A stretch of 64,000 nt of DNA from an uncultured archaeon (GCA_964342815.1 CAYFHS010000005.1:32001-96000); one strand, 5' to 3'. Counted from the stretch's first letter, positions 21,147 to 31,297 are shown. Notes: generated by a model from the letters alone, not told the origin. Numbers and translations are program-made.

Positions 21147-21908
21147 ATGATAGACGTTTCAAGAGAAGGAAATACCATAATATTGACAATAAACAACCCC
21201 CCAATGAACGTTCTCAACAGTGAATTGTTGAACGAACTTGGCGGGGTTCTGGATAAGATCAAGAACGACGATTCGTTGGCAGTCATAATCACCGGCGAGG
21301 GAAGAGCATTCGTGGCAGGCGCGGACATTAAGGAAATGATGAATATGGATCCGGAGGAGGCGAGGCTGTTCGCCAGCATAGGTCAATCGGTCTTCAACAA
21401 GATCGAGCAACTGCCCAAACCGGTAATCGCTGCTGTTAACGGATTTGCCCTGGGTGGTGGTACCGAATTGGCCATGAGCTGTGACATTATACTTGCTTCC
21501 GATAAAGCGAAGTTCGGGCAGCCCGAGGTCGCTCTCGCAGTGATACCCGGATTTGGTGGGACGCAAAGACTATCCCGCATAGTAGGAAGGAACATCGCCA
21601 AGGAATTGATATATTCAGGCAGTATAATCGGTGCGGACGAGGCCTATCGCATCGGTCTTGCCAACAGGCTGCTGCCCCCCGAAGAACTCATGGAGGCGGC
21701 AAAGAAACTTGCGGATACCATCTCGAAAAAGGGTCCCGCCGCGGTGAGGTTGGCAAAAGAGTCCATAAACGGCGGTCTGGATATGACCCTGGGTGATGGG
21801 CTCGAGTACGAGGCCGTCAAGTTCTCGGAGTGTTTCCGAACATTTGACCAGAAGGAAGGAATGGATGCCTTCGTAAATAAACGAAAACCCGATTTCCGAG
21901 GTGAATGA
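21147..21908 (+). CDS. crt: Enoyl-CoA hydratase (crotonase)
   Basis: FVAGADI, GFALGGGTEL and FGQPE..PGFGGTQRL. The track starts at 21132, but GGAGGT upstream of ATG 21147 favours the latter. Confidence 0.93.
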   Translation: MIDVSREGNTIILTINNPPMNVLNSELLNELGGVLDKIKNDDSLAVIITGEGRAFVAGADIKEMMNMDPEEARLFASIGQSVFNKIEQLPKPVIAAVNGFALGGGTELAMSCDIILASDKAKFGQPEVALAVIPGFGGTQRLSRIVGRNIAKELIYSGSIIGADEAYRIGLANRLLPPEELMEAAKKLADTISKKGPAAVRLAKESINGGLDMTLGDGLEYEAVKFSECFRTFDQKEGMDAFVNKRKPDFRGE

Positions 21909-21971
21909 GGAGCATTAGCTCCAAGATTATTCTCTCCCCTGCAGCATAAGTAAAAGTGGAAGGGTGGAACA

Positions 21972-23105
21972 ATGGATGTTTTACTCAACGACGAGCAGAG
22001 AAAGATAAGAGAGACCGTTAAGCGATTTGCCGATGAAGAGGTAATTCCGGTTGCTTCCGAGTTGGACCGTGAGCACAGATGGCCCGGGGAACTGCTGGCA
22101 AAGATGGGTGAAATGGGGCTAATGGGTATGCCTGTTCCGCAGGAGTACGGTGGTGCGGGCGCTGATTATCTCTCCTATATGATCGCCGTGGAGGAACTTG
22201 CCAGAGCTTGGGGTTCATTGAGTCTTATCATGACGGTCCATACTTCCGTGGGAACCCTGCCCATATATGATTTTGGAACACCTGATCAGAAGGAAAGGCT
22301 GCTGAAACCCCTTGCCCAGGGTAAGATGATCGGTGCTTTCGCCCTTACCGAACCGGAGGCAGGCTCTGACGTGTCGGGTGTCAAAACCACCGCTGTAAGA
22401 GATGGCGCTGATTATATTCTCAACGGATCGAAGATTTTCATAACTAACGGCAGCAGAGCAGGAACTATCATAGTTCTTGCTGTAACGGATAAGGATGCCG
22501 GAACGAAGGGATACAGTACCTTCATTGTCGAAAAGGGGATGGACGGATTCACTCTGGGGGTGGATGAAGACAAGTTGGGATTGCACTCGTCCGTAACTTC
22601 GGAGCTGGTTTTCAACGATGTAAAAATACCGAGGAAAAACTTATTGGGAGCCGAAGGAGATGGATTGAGAATTTCCCTTTCGGCACTTGACGGAGGGAGG
22701 ATGGGTGTTGCTTCCCAGGCAGTTGGGATCGCAAGAGCGGCTCTGGAGGAATCCATAAGATATTCAGGTGAACGGCAGCAGTTCGGCCACCCAATAAACC
22801 GTTTCCAGGGAATATCCTTCATGCTTGCAGAAATGGCCACCGAGGTTGATGCCGCGAGAGGTCTTGTCTACCGCGGTGCCTTTATGAAAGAGCGCGGTAT
22901 GCGTATCTCGAAAGAGGCCGCCATGGCAAAGCTGTATGCTTCCGGAGTGGCGGTCAGAACAACTACAAAGGCCATCCAGGTTCACGGTGGATACGGATAT
23001 ATTGCCGATTATCCGGTTGAGAGATTTTTCCGGGATGCGAAAGGCACCGAGATATACGAGGGTACTTCCGAAATACAGCGCCTTGTAATATCGAGAAACC
23101 TATGA
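21972..23105 (+). CDS. bcd: Short-chain acyl-CoA (butyryl-CoA) dehydrogenase
   Basis: FALTEPEAGSD, GSKIFITNG, QVHGGYGY and IYEGTSEIQR. Confidence 0.92.
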   Translation: MDVLLNDEQRKIRETVKRFADEEVIPVASELDREHRWPGELLAKMGEMGLMGMPVPQEYGGAGADYLSYMIAVEELARAWGSLSLIMTVHTSVGTLPIYDFGTPDQKERLLKPLAQGKMIGAFALTEPEAGSDVSGVKTTAVRDGADYILNGSKIFITNGSRAGTIIVLAVTDKDAGTKGYSTFIVEKGMDGFTLGVDEDKLGLHSSVTSELVFNDVKIPRKNLLGAEGDGLRISLSALDGGRMGVASQAVGIARAALEESIRYSGERQQFGHPINRFQGISFMLAEMATEVDAARGLVYRGAFMKERGMRISKEAAMAKLYASGVAVRTTTKAIQVHGGYGYIADYPVERFFRDAKGTEIYEGTSEIQRLVISRNL

Positions 23106-23277
23106 TGGATTTTCAATCTTAAAAAGACCTTTAATACGAGTTAGGACAATTCATCTTCAGAATATAGAACATAAACACCGAAATCATTAACTTAAATGAG
23201 ATATTACGTATTCTCGAGATAATTAATTTATGTAATAATTTATTGCTAAAAATATAAAAAACCGAGGAGGTGAAAGA

Positions 23278-24537
23278 GTGACAAGAAGAGTGTGTGTGAT
23301 AGGGATTGGACACACAGATTTCAATTCTATGACACCGGATATAGAATGGAAGGAACTAATGTACGAGGCTTGCCAGAAAGCTTATGTTGACGCCGGAATA
23401 GACCCCAGGAAAGACGTTGACAGTTTCATTACCTGTGCCGAGGATTATCTGGAAGGTTTCAGTATATTTGATGAATTCGTGCCCGATCAGATAGGCGCCG
23501 TGCTCCGCCCTTGCGGTACGGTATGCGGTGATGGGATCTACGGATTAGGAAATGCATATATGCAGATAAAGACCGGTCTAATGGACGTTGTGGCAGTGGA
23601 AGCTCATAGTAAGGTATCTGACCTATTAACTTTCGGTGAGATCGTGCTACATGCATTTGATCCCGTATTCGAAAGACCGGTGGCTGGTCCCGTGGAAAGG
23701 CCAAATTTTGCAGGTTCTCCCACATATACGAAGGAAAGCCCCAAACCCCTTGTGGGAAGTAGTGACGAAAAGGAGCGGCTCCATCCGTACTTTTTAGCGG
23801 GGTTGGAGATGCAGCATTACCTTAAAAAGACCAATACCACCGAGGAACAATGCGCTGAGGTGGTTGTAAAGAACAAGTTTAACGCTTTTAATAATCCTTA
23901 TGCGGATTATGAGGCAAAGATCTCAGTGGAGGATGTCATGGATTCAGAGTATCTCTTCAATCCACTGAAGAGTTTGGAGATCAGTCCCAACGTTGACGGA
24001 GCGATTGCCTTTGTCCTTGCCGATGAGAAGACGGCAAAGAGCCTAGGAGTAGATCCGATATACATGTCCGGATTCGGTTGGTCATCTGAAACACCGTGGC
24101 TTTCGACAAGAGGATTGGATGCAGGTTATGCGACCAATGCGGCGAAGATGGCCTATAAGATGGCAGGTATAAAAAAGCCCAGAAAGGAAATCGATATCGC
24201 AGAGGTGGATGATCGGTTCTCCTACAAGGAGTTCCAGCATCTCGAGGCCCTGAAACTGGCGAGACCCGGCGAACCGGCTCATCTGCTGGAAGAGGGCGAA
24301 CTGGGTCAGGGAGGTTCGCTCCCCACGAATATGTCGGGAGGATCGCTGGGAGTTGGCAACTGCCTGGAGGCCACGGGTCTGCAGAAGTCTCTTGAGATCG
24401 TGACCCAGCTGCGAGGATTCGCTGGGAAGAGACAGGTGGCCGATGCGAAGCTTGGAATCGCCCAATCTTGGCGAGGTATTCCATCGGGAAGCGGTGCCGT
24501 GGCGATCTTTTCAAGCGATAATGAGGTGATGAAATGA
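23278..24537 (+). CDS. Non-canonical thiolase-superfamily (SCP-x/Ltp-like) protein, subunit A
   Basis: Thiolase-fold signatures (VVKNK.NA..NP.A, SPNVDGA.A, GGSLGVGN) but no canonical CxSG or GHP. GGAGGTGA SD at 23266-23273 precedes the GTG. Confidence 0.85.
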   Translation: MTRRVCVIGIGHTDFNSMTPDIEWKELMYEACQKAYVDAGIDPRKDVDSFITCAEDYLEGFSIFDEFVPDQIGAVLRPCGTVCGDGIYGLGNAYMQIKTGLMDVVAVEAHSKVSDLLTFGEIVLHAFDPVFERPVAGPVERPNFAGSPTYTKESPKPLVGSSDEKERLHPYFLAGLEMQHYLKKTNTTEEQCAEVVVKNKFNAFNNPYADYEAKISVEDVMDSEYLFNPLKSLEISPNVDGAIAFVLADEKTAKSLGVDPIYMSGFGWSSETPWLSTRGLDAGYATNAAKMAYKMAGIKKPRKEIDIAEVDDRFSYKEFQHLEALKLARPGEPAHLLEEGELGQGGSLPTNMSGGSLGVGNCLEATGLQKSLEIVTQLRGFAGKRQVADAKLGIAQSWRGIPSGSGAVAIFSSDNEVMK

Positions 24538-25694
24538 AAGATGTAGCAGTGATCGGAGGCGGAATGACCATGTTTCGCAGAAGATTAAAGGAAACCGGCA
24601 AGGAGCTGTCCTATCTGGCTGCGAAGATGGCTATGGAAGAGGCCGGTATAGAGAAGAGCGACATTGATATGGTTGTAATGGGTAGCGCTCCGGATGCGTT
24701 CGACGGCATACACCAGAAGGGTGAGAACCTGTTGGACGGTGCCGCAGGGGCGGGAAAACCATATGTAAGAGTTTTTAACGGAGGCGGGACATGTGTTTTC
24801 GCACCCATCGCTGGGTGGTGGCACGTAGCCTCCGGCGTAGCGGATGTAGCACTTGTTGTCGCCGAGGAGAAGATGGGCTCCACCTATCCCCATCCTCAGA
24901 CCGCCTTCCGGCATATCTGGGACCCCATACTGGACCGTCCACTCAATCCCAACCTCGTTTGGTTGTTCGCCATGGAGATGAACCGGTATATGACAAGATA
25001 TAATATCAAAAAAGAGGACATAGCGAGGGTGGCTGTAAAGAACAAGAGGAACGCAGTTGGTCATCCCTGCGCACAGCTGGCTGATCCGAACATAACCGTT
25101 CAAGACGTTCTGGATTCGGAAATGATGGCATGGCCGGTCCAGCGCTTGGATATCAGCCCTCCCAGCGACGGGGCAGCGGCATTGGTTTTCTGTTCCAAGG
25201 AAAAAGCGAGGGAATTCTCGGATGATCCAAGCTGGATCTCGGGAGTGGGATGGAATATCGACAGCACCATGTGGACGAACAGGGATCTCGTCTTCCCACA
25301 GTACGTGGCCAATGCGGCAAAGATGGCCTACAAGATGGCAAGGATAACAAATCCGCCCAAGCAGATCGACTTTGCTGAACCGTACGACCCCTTCGATTAC
25401 AAGGAGCTGCATCACATGGAGGGATTGATGCTGTGCAAGAAGGGAGAAGCTCCCACACTTACAAGAGAGGGAGTGACACAGAGGGATGGGGATCTACCGA
25501 TATGTCCTTCCGGAGGTCTGTTGGGTGTTGGTAATCCCATAGCAGCGACCATGGGACAGAAGGTGGCCGAACTCCACTGGCAGCTAACAGGAAAAGCAGG
25601 AAAGAGGCAGATACCAGGCGACCCGAGAGTGGGTGTTGCCCAGGCATGGGGAGACATCATGCAGATGGGTACTGTGATCGTTATGGAGAAGTGA
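24534..25694 (+). CDS. Non-canonical thiolase-superfamily (SCP-x/Ltp-like) protein, subunit B
   Basis: VAVKNKRNA..HP.AQL, SPPSDGAAA and GGLLGVGNP; ATGA overlap with subunit A. Confidence 0.85.
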   Translation: MKDVAVIGGGMTMFRRRLKETGKELSYLAAKMAMEEAGIEKSDIDMVVMGSAPDAFDGIHQKGENLLDGAAGAGKPYVRVFNGGGTCVFAPIAGWWHVASGVADVALVVAEEKMGSTYPHPQTAFRHIWDPILDRPLNPNLVWLFAMEMNRYMTRYNIKKEDIARVAVKNKRNAVGHPCAQLADPNITVQDVLDSEMMAWPVQRLDISPPSDGAAALVFCSKEKAREFSDDPSWISGVGWNIDSTMWTNRDLVFPQYVANAAKMAYKMARITNPPKQIDFAEPYDPFDYKELHHMEGLMLCKKGEAPTLTREGVTQRDGDLPICPSGGLLGVGNPIAATMGQKVAELHWQLTGKAGKRQIPGDPRVGVAQAWGDIMQMGTVIVMEK

Positions 25695-25704
25695 GGTGAT
25701 GAAA

Positions 25705-26244
25705 ATGGCGAAAAAGATAGAAGGATATCCTAGGTATGCACCCGGAACACATGTTTCCACAAAGGATATCGTGGACAACAAAATCTCATACACCTGGTGG
25801 GAACCCGAGGTCCAGTATTCGTGGAGTCTCGGCCCCGCAATGAGCAAATTCCTTCAGGAACTCAAGAAGGGTCAGCTCGTGGGGAGGAAATGCAGAAAAT
25901 GCCGAAGGGTTTTGGTACCCCCCAGAATGTTCTGCGAACTCTGTTACGGCCCTACGAACGAATGGGTCGATCTCCCCGATACGGGGATGGTGGAAACCTT
26001 TTCCATCTCATACTTGGATGCGGACGCAAGGAGAATAAAGGTCCCGATATTGATAGGTGTCATATCCATCGACGGCGCAGCTCCCCTTCACGGTTTCATG
26101 CACTATTTCGGCGAGATGGAACCCGAGGAGCTTCACATCGGGATGAAAGTGAAGGCTGTTTGGAAACCCAAGGCCGAAAGGGAAGGCTCCATTACCGACA
26201 TAAAGTATTTCAAACCCTTGAAAAAGGGAGGTGGCAAGAAATGA
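25705..26244 (+). CDS. DUF35 (Zn-ribbon + OB-fold) protein A
   Basis: CRKC..PPRMFCELC, GMVETFS and IGMKVKAVW. The track start is GTG 25696; GAGGTGA SD precedes ATG 25705. Confidence 0.9.
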   Translation: MAKKIEGYPRYAPGTHVSTKDIVDNKISYTWWEPEVQYSWSLGPAMSKFLQELKKGQLVGRKCRKCRRVLVPPRMFCELCYGPTNEWVDLPDTGMVETFSISYLDADARRIKVPILIGVISIDGAAPLHGFMHYFGEMEPEELHIGMKVKAVWKPKAEREGSITDIKYFKPLKKGGGKK

Positions 26245-26714
26245 CGTTCCTTGAAAAACAGACCGATCCCACAACACCCATGCACTGGCGGGGTGACATG
26301 CAGGCCGATTATCTTTATCCGAACGGAGCTGCGGGGGACAAGTTCTTCCAGCATCTCATGAAAAAGGATACGTTCCTTGCGTGCCGCTGCCCCAAGTGCG
26401 AGAAGGTGTACTGCCCGCCAAGGCTTTACTGCGAGGATTGCTTCTGCGAGATTCCAGACAAGGAATGGCGTGAGGTTCCCTCGAAAGGAAAGATACGGCT
26501 TCATACCACGGTAATGATCGACACCCATGGTCATAAATTAAAGGAACCCAAGGTCATAGCTCTGGTGGACATCAAGGACACGGACAGCTCAATGCTGGGA
26601 ATAATCAAGACAAAGAAACTGGACAAGGACCTTTGCGGGCATAAGGTAAAGGCTGTCCTTCGATCCAAGAAGAAGAGAGAAGGAACCCTGAAGGATATCC
26701 TCTATTTCGAGTGA
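26241..26714 (+). CDS. DUF35 (Zn-ribbon + OB-fold) protein B
   Basis: CPKC..PPRLYCEDC, then GHKVKAV..REGTLKDILYF. The true start ATG 26241 has an ATGA overlap and GGAGGT SD; the track ORF 25797..26714 is over-extended. Confidence 0.9.
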   Translation: MTFLEKQTDPTTPMHWRGDMQADYLYPNGAAGDKFFQHLMKKDTFLACRCPKCEKVYCPPRLYCEDCFCEIPDKEWREVPSKGKIRLHTTVMIDTHGHKLKEPKVIALVDIKDTDSSMLGIIKTKKLDKDLCGHKVKAVLRSKKKREGTLKDILYFE

Positions 26715-26753
26715 TGCCTTCGTTCCTTCCTTTTTTTTATTATTTCACATTAC

Positions 26754-26790
26754 GGAGGTCCCCGAAGCGGGGGCCTTCATTTTTCTCTTT
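26754..26790. terminator. GC-rich hairpin with T-tract between convergent genes
   Basis: ggaggtcccc-gaagc-gggggccttc followed by atttttctctttt. Confidence 0.55.
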
Positions 26791-26795
26791 CAATT

Positions 26796-29700
26796 CTACA
26801 GGTCAAGTTCATCCCATATATTTTTATGCTCCTCAATAGATATCCCGAATCGTTCTCTGAAACCTTCCAGCATCTCCTCTTCTTCTGGGGATATCATCCC
26901 GTCCTTCAGGGCTCGATTTAACATACTCCGATAATGTTTCAGATTTTTCTCTCTATCCTTAAGTCCCTCTTCGAGTTTGGCCAGCATGGTGTCTGCACTT
27001 CTGAACCGCTTAGCCTTTTCCTTTTCCAGGGCCCTGAGAATGACGGCATCGATCTCGGGAGGTATGCCCGGTCTCAAAGAGCTTGGCGGCACAGGGATTT
27101 TTTCTACAATGTTATGCATTATGCCGATGGGATCATCCGCTTTAAAGGGATTTTCTCCAGTCAGCATCTCGTAGAAAACGACGCCCAACTGGTAGACGTC
27201 CGTGCTCCAATCAACCTCACCGTACTTTTCCTGGCTCATCTGTTCTGGCGCACTGTAAATAAGAGTTCCTTTTGTACCGATGGTTTTCGAGACGCTTTCC
27301 GATGCCATGAACTTACCGATGCCCCAATCAGCGATCTTTGGAGTACCGTCTTTCGTGAAAAGTATGTTCTCGGGTTTTATGTCCCTGTGAACAGATGCCA
27401 TGCGGTGGGCGTAGGCCATTCCCTCCAATATTTCCTGGATCAAACCGATTACTTTATCTACGGGTAATTGACCGGTCTTTATAAGATTCAGAAGATTGCC
27501 ACCTTCCATATATTCGATTACCATATAAGGAACCGGACGTATATCGCCTTTAAGGAATTTGACTATGTTCCTGTGCTTCAGTTTTTTCCAAATATCCGAT
27601 TCGGACTTGAATTTATTTAATACTGAGCTATCAATAGTCTCATCCATGAACTTCGGTAACTTGATGGCAACCGGCTCTCCTTTTAGATTATTTGCCTTGT
27701 AAACAGTTGCAAAGCCGCCCGAACCGAGTTTATTGGTAATGATGTAATCGGGAATGAGGCCTTCCATTGAGGACGGGATCGGTGTAAGTTCGGGAGAATA
27801 CTCCGCCCATGGTTCCTCTTCATCCTCGTCCTCATCCAACCATTCTTCTTCTTCGTCTTCCTCTGACCGGTCACGTCCGGGCAGGCCAGATGAATCTTTT
27901 GATTCATCAAGGTCCTCTTCCTTTCCGGCACCCCATATCTCCTCATCTTCTCCTTCTTCCTTATCACCCACCGTATCGTCCACATCCCATACTTCTTCCT
28001 CGTCCTTTCCGGTTTCCTCTTCTTCCTCGTCTTGTTCTTCTTTCTCTTCTTCCACAAACTCACCAAGATCCTCATCTGGTTCCGTGGTTTGTTCGTGTTC
28101 TTCCGTCGGTTCGGCTTTTCTCTTCTTGATAAAAATAAATATAGCGATAAGAACCGTAAGGAAAATGACAATCACGATGATTACGATAACAGTTGTGGAT
28201 AGGCCTTCCTCATCAGTCGTCTCGGTCCCGGCCAGTTTCTCGTTCACAGTAATACTGAAGAAGGCCTGCCCGTTATTCCCGGCGTCATCGCTCACTGTCA
28301 ATGTCACCGTATAAGTTCCGGGTTTGGTGAATATATAAACGGGTGTGGCCCCATATAATATCCGGGCTCCATCATCATTGAAAGTCCAAGTATAGTTTAC
28401 AATGCCGACGTTATCCGTACAACCGCTTGAATCGAAAATGACCTTATCTCCAGCATGTATTTCTGTATCTTTTGTGGAACCGACAACTTTCGGATTCTCG
28501 GTGTCCTTTACAGTGACTATTATCCAATCTCTATGTATGTTATCCGCCGCATCCTTAACGGTAAGTGTCACATTGTATATACCCGGATCATCAAATTTAA
28601 AAATGACAATCCTACCATAAAGGGATCTGTTGACATTATTATAACTGAAAGTCCATGTATAATTGCCGATGCCTACATTGTCGTTACTTTTACTTCCATC
28701 GAGAGTTACATTGTCGGATTGATCAGCGTTGATATTCGTTCCTGCGTCTGCCGTTGGCTTAGTATAATCCCAGATATCCCGAACAGACACGGTAAGAACA
28801 TCGGTCGCCTCGTTCCCCGCTTCATCCATAACTGCCAATGTGACGTTGTATGTCCCGGGGAGCTTGAAGGTGAAAGTCGCCGAGGGTCCTCTTAGGGTGT
28901 GATTAGTACCATTATATTCAATTATCCACGTATAATTTATTATTCCGATGTTATCAGTGCTATTGATAGAGTTGAAAGTAGCATTATCGTATTGATTGAT
29001 AGAAATATCCACTCCAGCACTTGCTGTGGGATCATCATTGTCCAACACATCAATACGGGTGACATTTGTGACAAGCCCGTTGCCCGAAGAATCATTTATT
29101 TCGAACCAATATTCCATCTCGGATGCATCACTTGGAATATCAATAGATTTGCTCCACGTAGTTCCATTATCACTACTGGTCATTTCGAAAGACAGGTTGA
29201 TATCATCACCGAAATCATAAATAACATATGTATAATCTATTTTTATATTGTCACTGGCATTGAATGATACTGTAAAAATATCTCCGGTAGTTGGGATTTC
29301 TCCCGTCAAGTCCTCGATCAATTGTGGTGGGTCGTTATCCGAAATATTTTGTTGAAACCAGGTTATATTAGAGGTATTGTAGACATTTCCGGCGGTATCC
29401 CAAATACTATATGTATAATTTACCTGTGTAACATCGGGAGGAATGTCGATAGAAGCACTGGTCCATATACCATCATCTGCCAGTGGATCGCCATGAGTTC
29501 CATCATCATACAAGGTCTGGGTTTGGAATGAAATTATGTCATAAGTATATGATACCTGTGTAATATTGACTCCGATGTTATCACTGGTGTTAATGGCGAA
29601 ATAAAATGAATCGCCGGTGGTGGGGATTCCACTTAGATCTTCTTCAAATTGTGGTGGGTCGTTATCCACGACACCCTTTACCATATGACCTGTGCCTCTT

Positions 29701-31112
29701 GTATTTCCAGCTTGATCCCTTAATGTAAACCAGTATCGAATCGTGGTGGAATTACTGGGTATAGTGATGTTATGGGACCAAAAATCCTGAAATCCACCCC
29801 ATCTCGATTCATTGTAATTCATGGATTTGTTAATATAATTAGTATCGTCGAAAGTGTAGGTAACGTTTACAGCCCCAATTCCTACGTTATCGCTGGCATT
29901 TATGATGAACGAGAATAGCTCACCTGTGGTGGGAGTCCCCGAGAGGTCTTCAGCAAGGACGGGACTTTCATCATCTATCGTCGCATATTGTAAATCATCA
30001 TCCTTTCCATAAGCGATATGTGGTATGCGGTTCGAATCAAGGGTAAGTGAAGTATATGCGCAAAACTCGGTATCAACTATTTTATCAATCCATTCGGGTG
30101 CATTATAATATAAATATTTTAATTGATTCCAGTCGTCACAATAACTTATATATGTATTGTTGTTGGAGTCAACTTCAATGGATGTATACCTGCCGTTAGC
30201 CCCAGGTCCCCCGCTTGAAAAATTTAACGTTTCTTTATGCCATCTATGATAATCAAAATAAGTATAATTCAAGGAATTGTTGCTTTCACTAAAATAGCTG
30301 ATCTTTGGTCTGTCGAAAGGGTCCAAGGCAATCGAAGAGTGGTTTCCACCACCATAATCGATGGTGAAAGTCTGCCAACCACCACTGACATTCCGTGCGT
30401 ATTTCAGATTATTTTGCTGTTCATCATAATAGCTGATATGAGCCCTATCGCCCAGATCCATTATGAGGGAACTGCATACGCCAACTCTACCCCAATCATC
30501 CACTGTAGTTGTATTCCACTCAAGAGAGTTATTCCATGCATATTTCAAACAATTATTTGTCTCATCACTATAATAACTTATATGTGGAAGGTTCTGAGAA
30601 TCCAGTGCAATCGAAGAAAATCTCCCACCATTCCAATCCACCGTTTCGATATGCCATTCATTTCCATCGTGGTATGCGTATTTCAGAGCATTATTGCTAC
30701 GGGAATGATAGCTTATATGCGGATGATCATTCGAATCCAGGACAATATCATTAAAGCTGCCGACATATCCCACGGAGTCCACGATTTCAATGTGCCAGCG
30801 GCTTCCATCATAATATGCATATTTAAGGTCCCTATTGCTTGCATCATAATAAGAAATATGCGGTCGATTATTCGTATCGTTTGCAATAGATGCATAATAA
30901 CCTACAAATCCAAGGGAATCGATTGTCACATTGGCCCATTTATCACTCCGTGTAAGTAAGGAATAAATTCCGTTTGGGGTATCTTGTTCAACTGGAATAA
31001 TATCACCCGAGGAATCCACTGTTTTATCTTTGATGCTGAAATTTCCATTGATTATTCCCGTAAGTAGAAGGGAGATCGTTATTACCAGAAGAAAGTTGAT
31101 TATTCTCTTCAT
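26796..31112 (-). CDS. Receptor-type Hanks Ser/Thr protein kinase: 7-repeat propeller + Ig-like/PKD ectodomain, TM, acidic linker, kinase, small C-terminal helical module
   Basis: GSGGFATVY, VAIK, HRDIKPEN, DWG, YSAPEQ and TDVYQLG; seven HISY-type repeats; three PKD-like repeats; one TM. The likely start is MKRIINFLLV at 31112 (track start 31334). Confidence 0.9.
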   Translation of the reverse strand: MKRIINFLLVITISLLLTGIINGNFSIKDKTVDSSGDIIPVEQDTPNGIYSLLTRSDKWANVTIDSLGFVGYYASIANDTNNRPHISYYDASNRDLKYAYYDGSRWHIEIVDSVGYVGSFNDIVLDSNDHPHISYHSRSNNALKYAYHDGNEWHIETVDWNGGRFSSIALDSQNLPHISYYSDETNNCLKYAWNNSLEWNTTTVDDWGRVGVCSSLIMDLGDRAHISYYDEQQNNLKYARNVSGGWQTFTIDYGGGNHSSIALDPFDRPKISYFSESNNSLNYTYFDYHRWHKETLNFSSGGPGANGRYTSIEVDSNNNTYISYCDDWNQLKYLYYNAPEWIDKIVDTEFCAYTSLTLDSNRIPHIAYGKDDDLQYATIDDESPVLAEDLSGTPTTGELFSFIINASDNVGIGAVNVTYTFDDTNYINKSMNYNESRWGGFQDFWSHNITIPSNSTTIRYWFTLRDQAGNTRGTGHMVKGVVDNDPPQFEEDLSGIPTTGDSFYFAINTSDNIGVNITQVSYTYDIISFQTQTLYDDGTHGDPLADDGIWTSASIDIPPDVTQVNYTYSIWDTAGNVYNTSNITWFQQNISDNDPPQLIEDLTGEIPTTGDIFTVSFNASDNIKIDYTYVIYDFGDDINLSFEMTSSDNGTTWSKSIDIPSDASEMEYWFEINDSSGNGLVTNVTRIDVLDNDDPTASAGVDISINQYDNATFNSINSTDNIGIINYTWIIEYNGTNHTLRGPSATFTFKLPGTYNVTLAVMDEAGNEATDVLTVSVRDIWDYTKPTADAGTNINADQSDNVTLDGSKSNDNVGIGNYTWTFSYNNVNRSLYGRIVIFKFDDPGIYNVTLTVKDAADNIHRDWIIVTVKDTENPKVVGSTKDTEIHAGDKVIFDSSGCTDNVGIVNYTWTFNDDGARILYGATPVYIFTKPGTYTVTLTVSDDAGNNGQAFFSITVNEKLAGTETTDEEGLSTTVIVIIVIVIFLTVLIAIFIFIKKRKAEPTEEHEQTTEPDEDLGEFVEEEKEEQDEEEEETGKDEEEVWDVDDTVGDKEEGEDEEIWGAGKEEDLDESKDSSGLPGRDRSEEDEEEEWLDEDEDEEEPWAEYSPELTPIPSSMEGLIPDYIITNKLGSGGFATVYKANNLKGEPVAIKLPKFMDETIDSSVLNKFKSESDIWKKLKHRNIVKFLKGDIRPVPYMVIEYMEGGNLLNLIKTGQLPVDKVIGLIQEILEGMAYAHRMASVHRDIKPENILFTKDGTPKIADWGIGKFMASESVSKTIGTKGTLIYSAPEQMSQEKYGEVDWSTDVYQLGVVFYEMLTGENPFKADDPIGIMHNIVEKIPVPPSSLRPGIPPEIDAVILRALEKEKAKRFRSADTMLAKLEEGLKDREKNLKHYRSMLNRALKDGMISPEEEEMLEGFRERFGISIEEHKNIWDELDL

Positions 31113-31297
31113 AATTTCACCAATACTTTTCTTATTAATTTCAAATACTATAGGATAAATTATGCTTTTATAAATACTTTCGGTTCTGTCTTTTATGGTT
31201 CTCTGTGTATGATAATCGATTATTAGATTTATTACACGGTCTATCCCGGCCATAACAATTTTCATTATCGAAAACGCCATTCTCTCTGATAGGTAAA

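Noticed and set aside
25797-26240. Programmed -1 frameshift fusing the two DUF35 genes
   Set aside because: The candidate site is G_AAA_AAG (five A's, not a full slippery heptamer); a GGAGGT SD plus ATGA overlap explains independent initiation at 26241.
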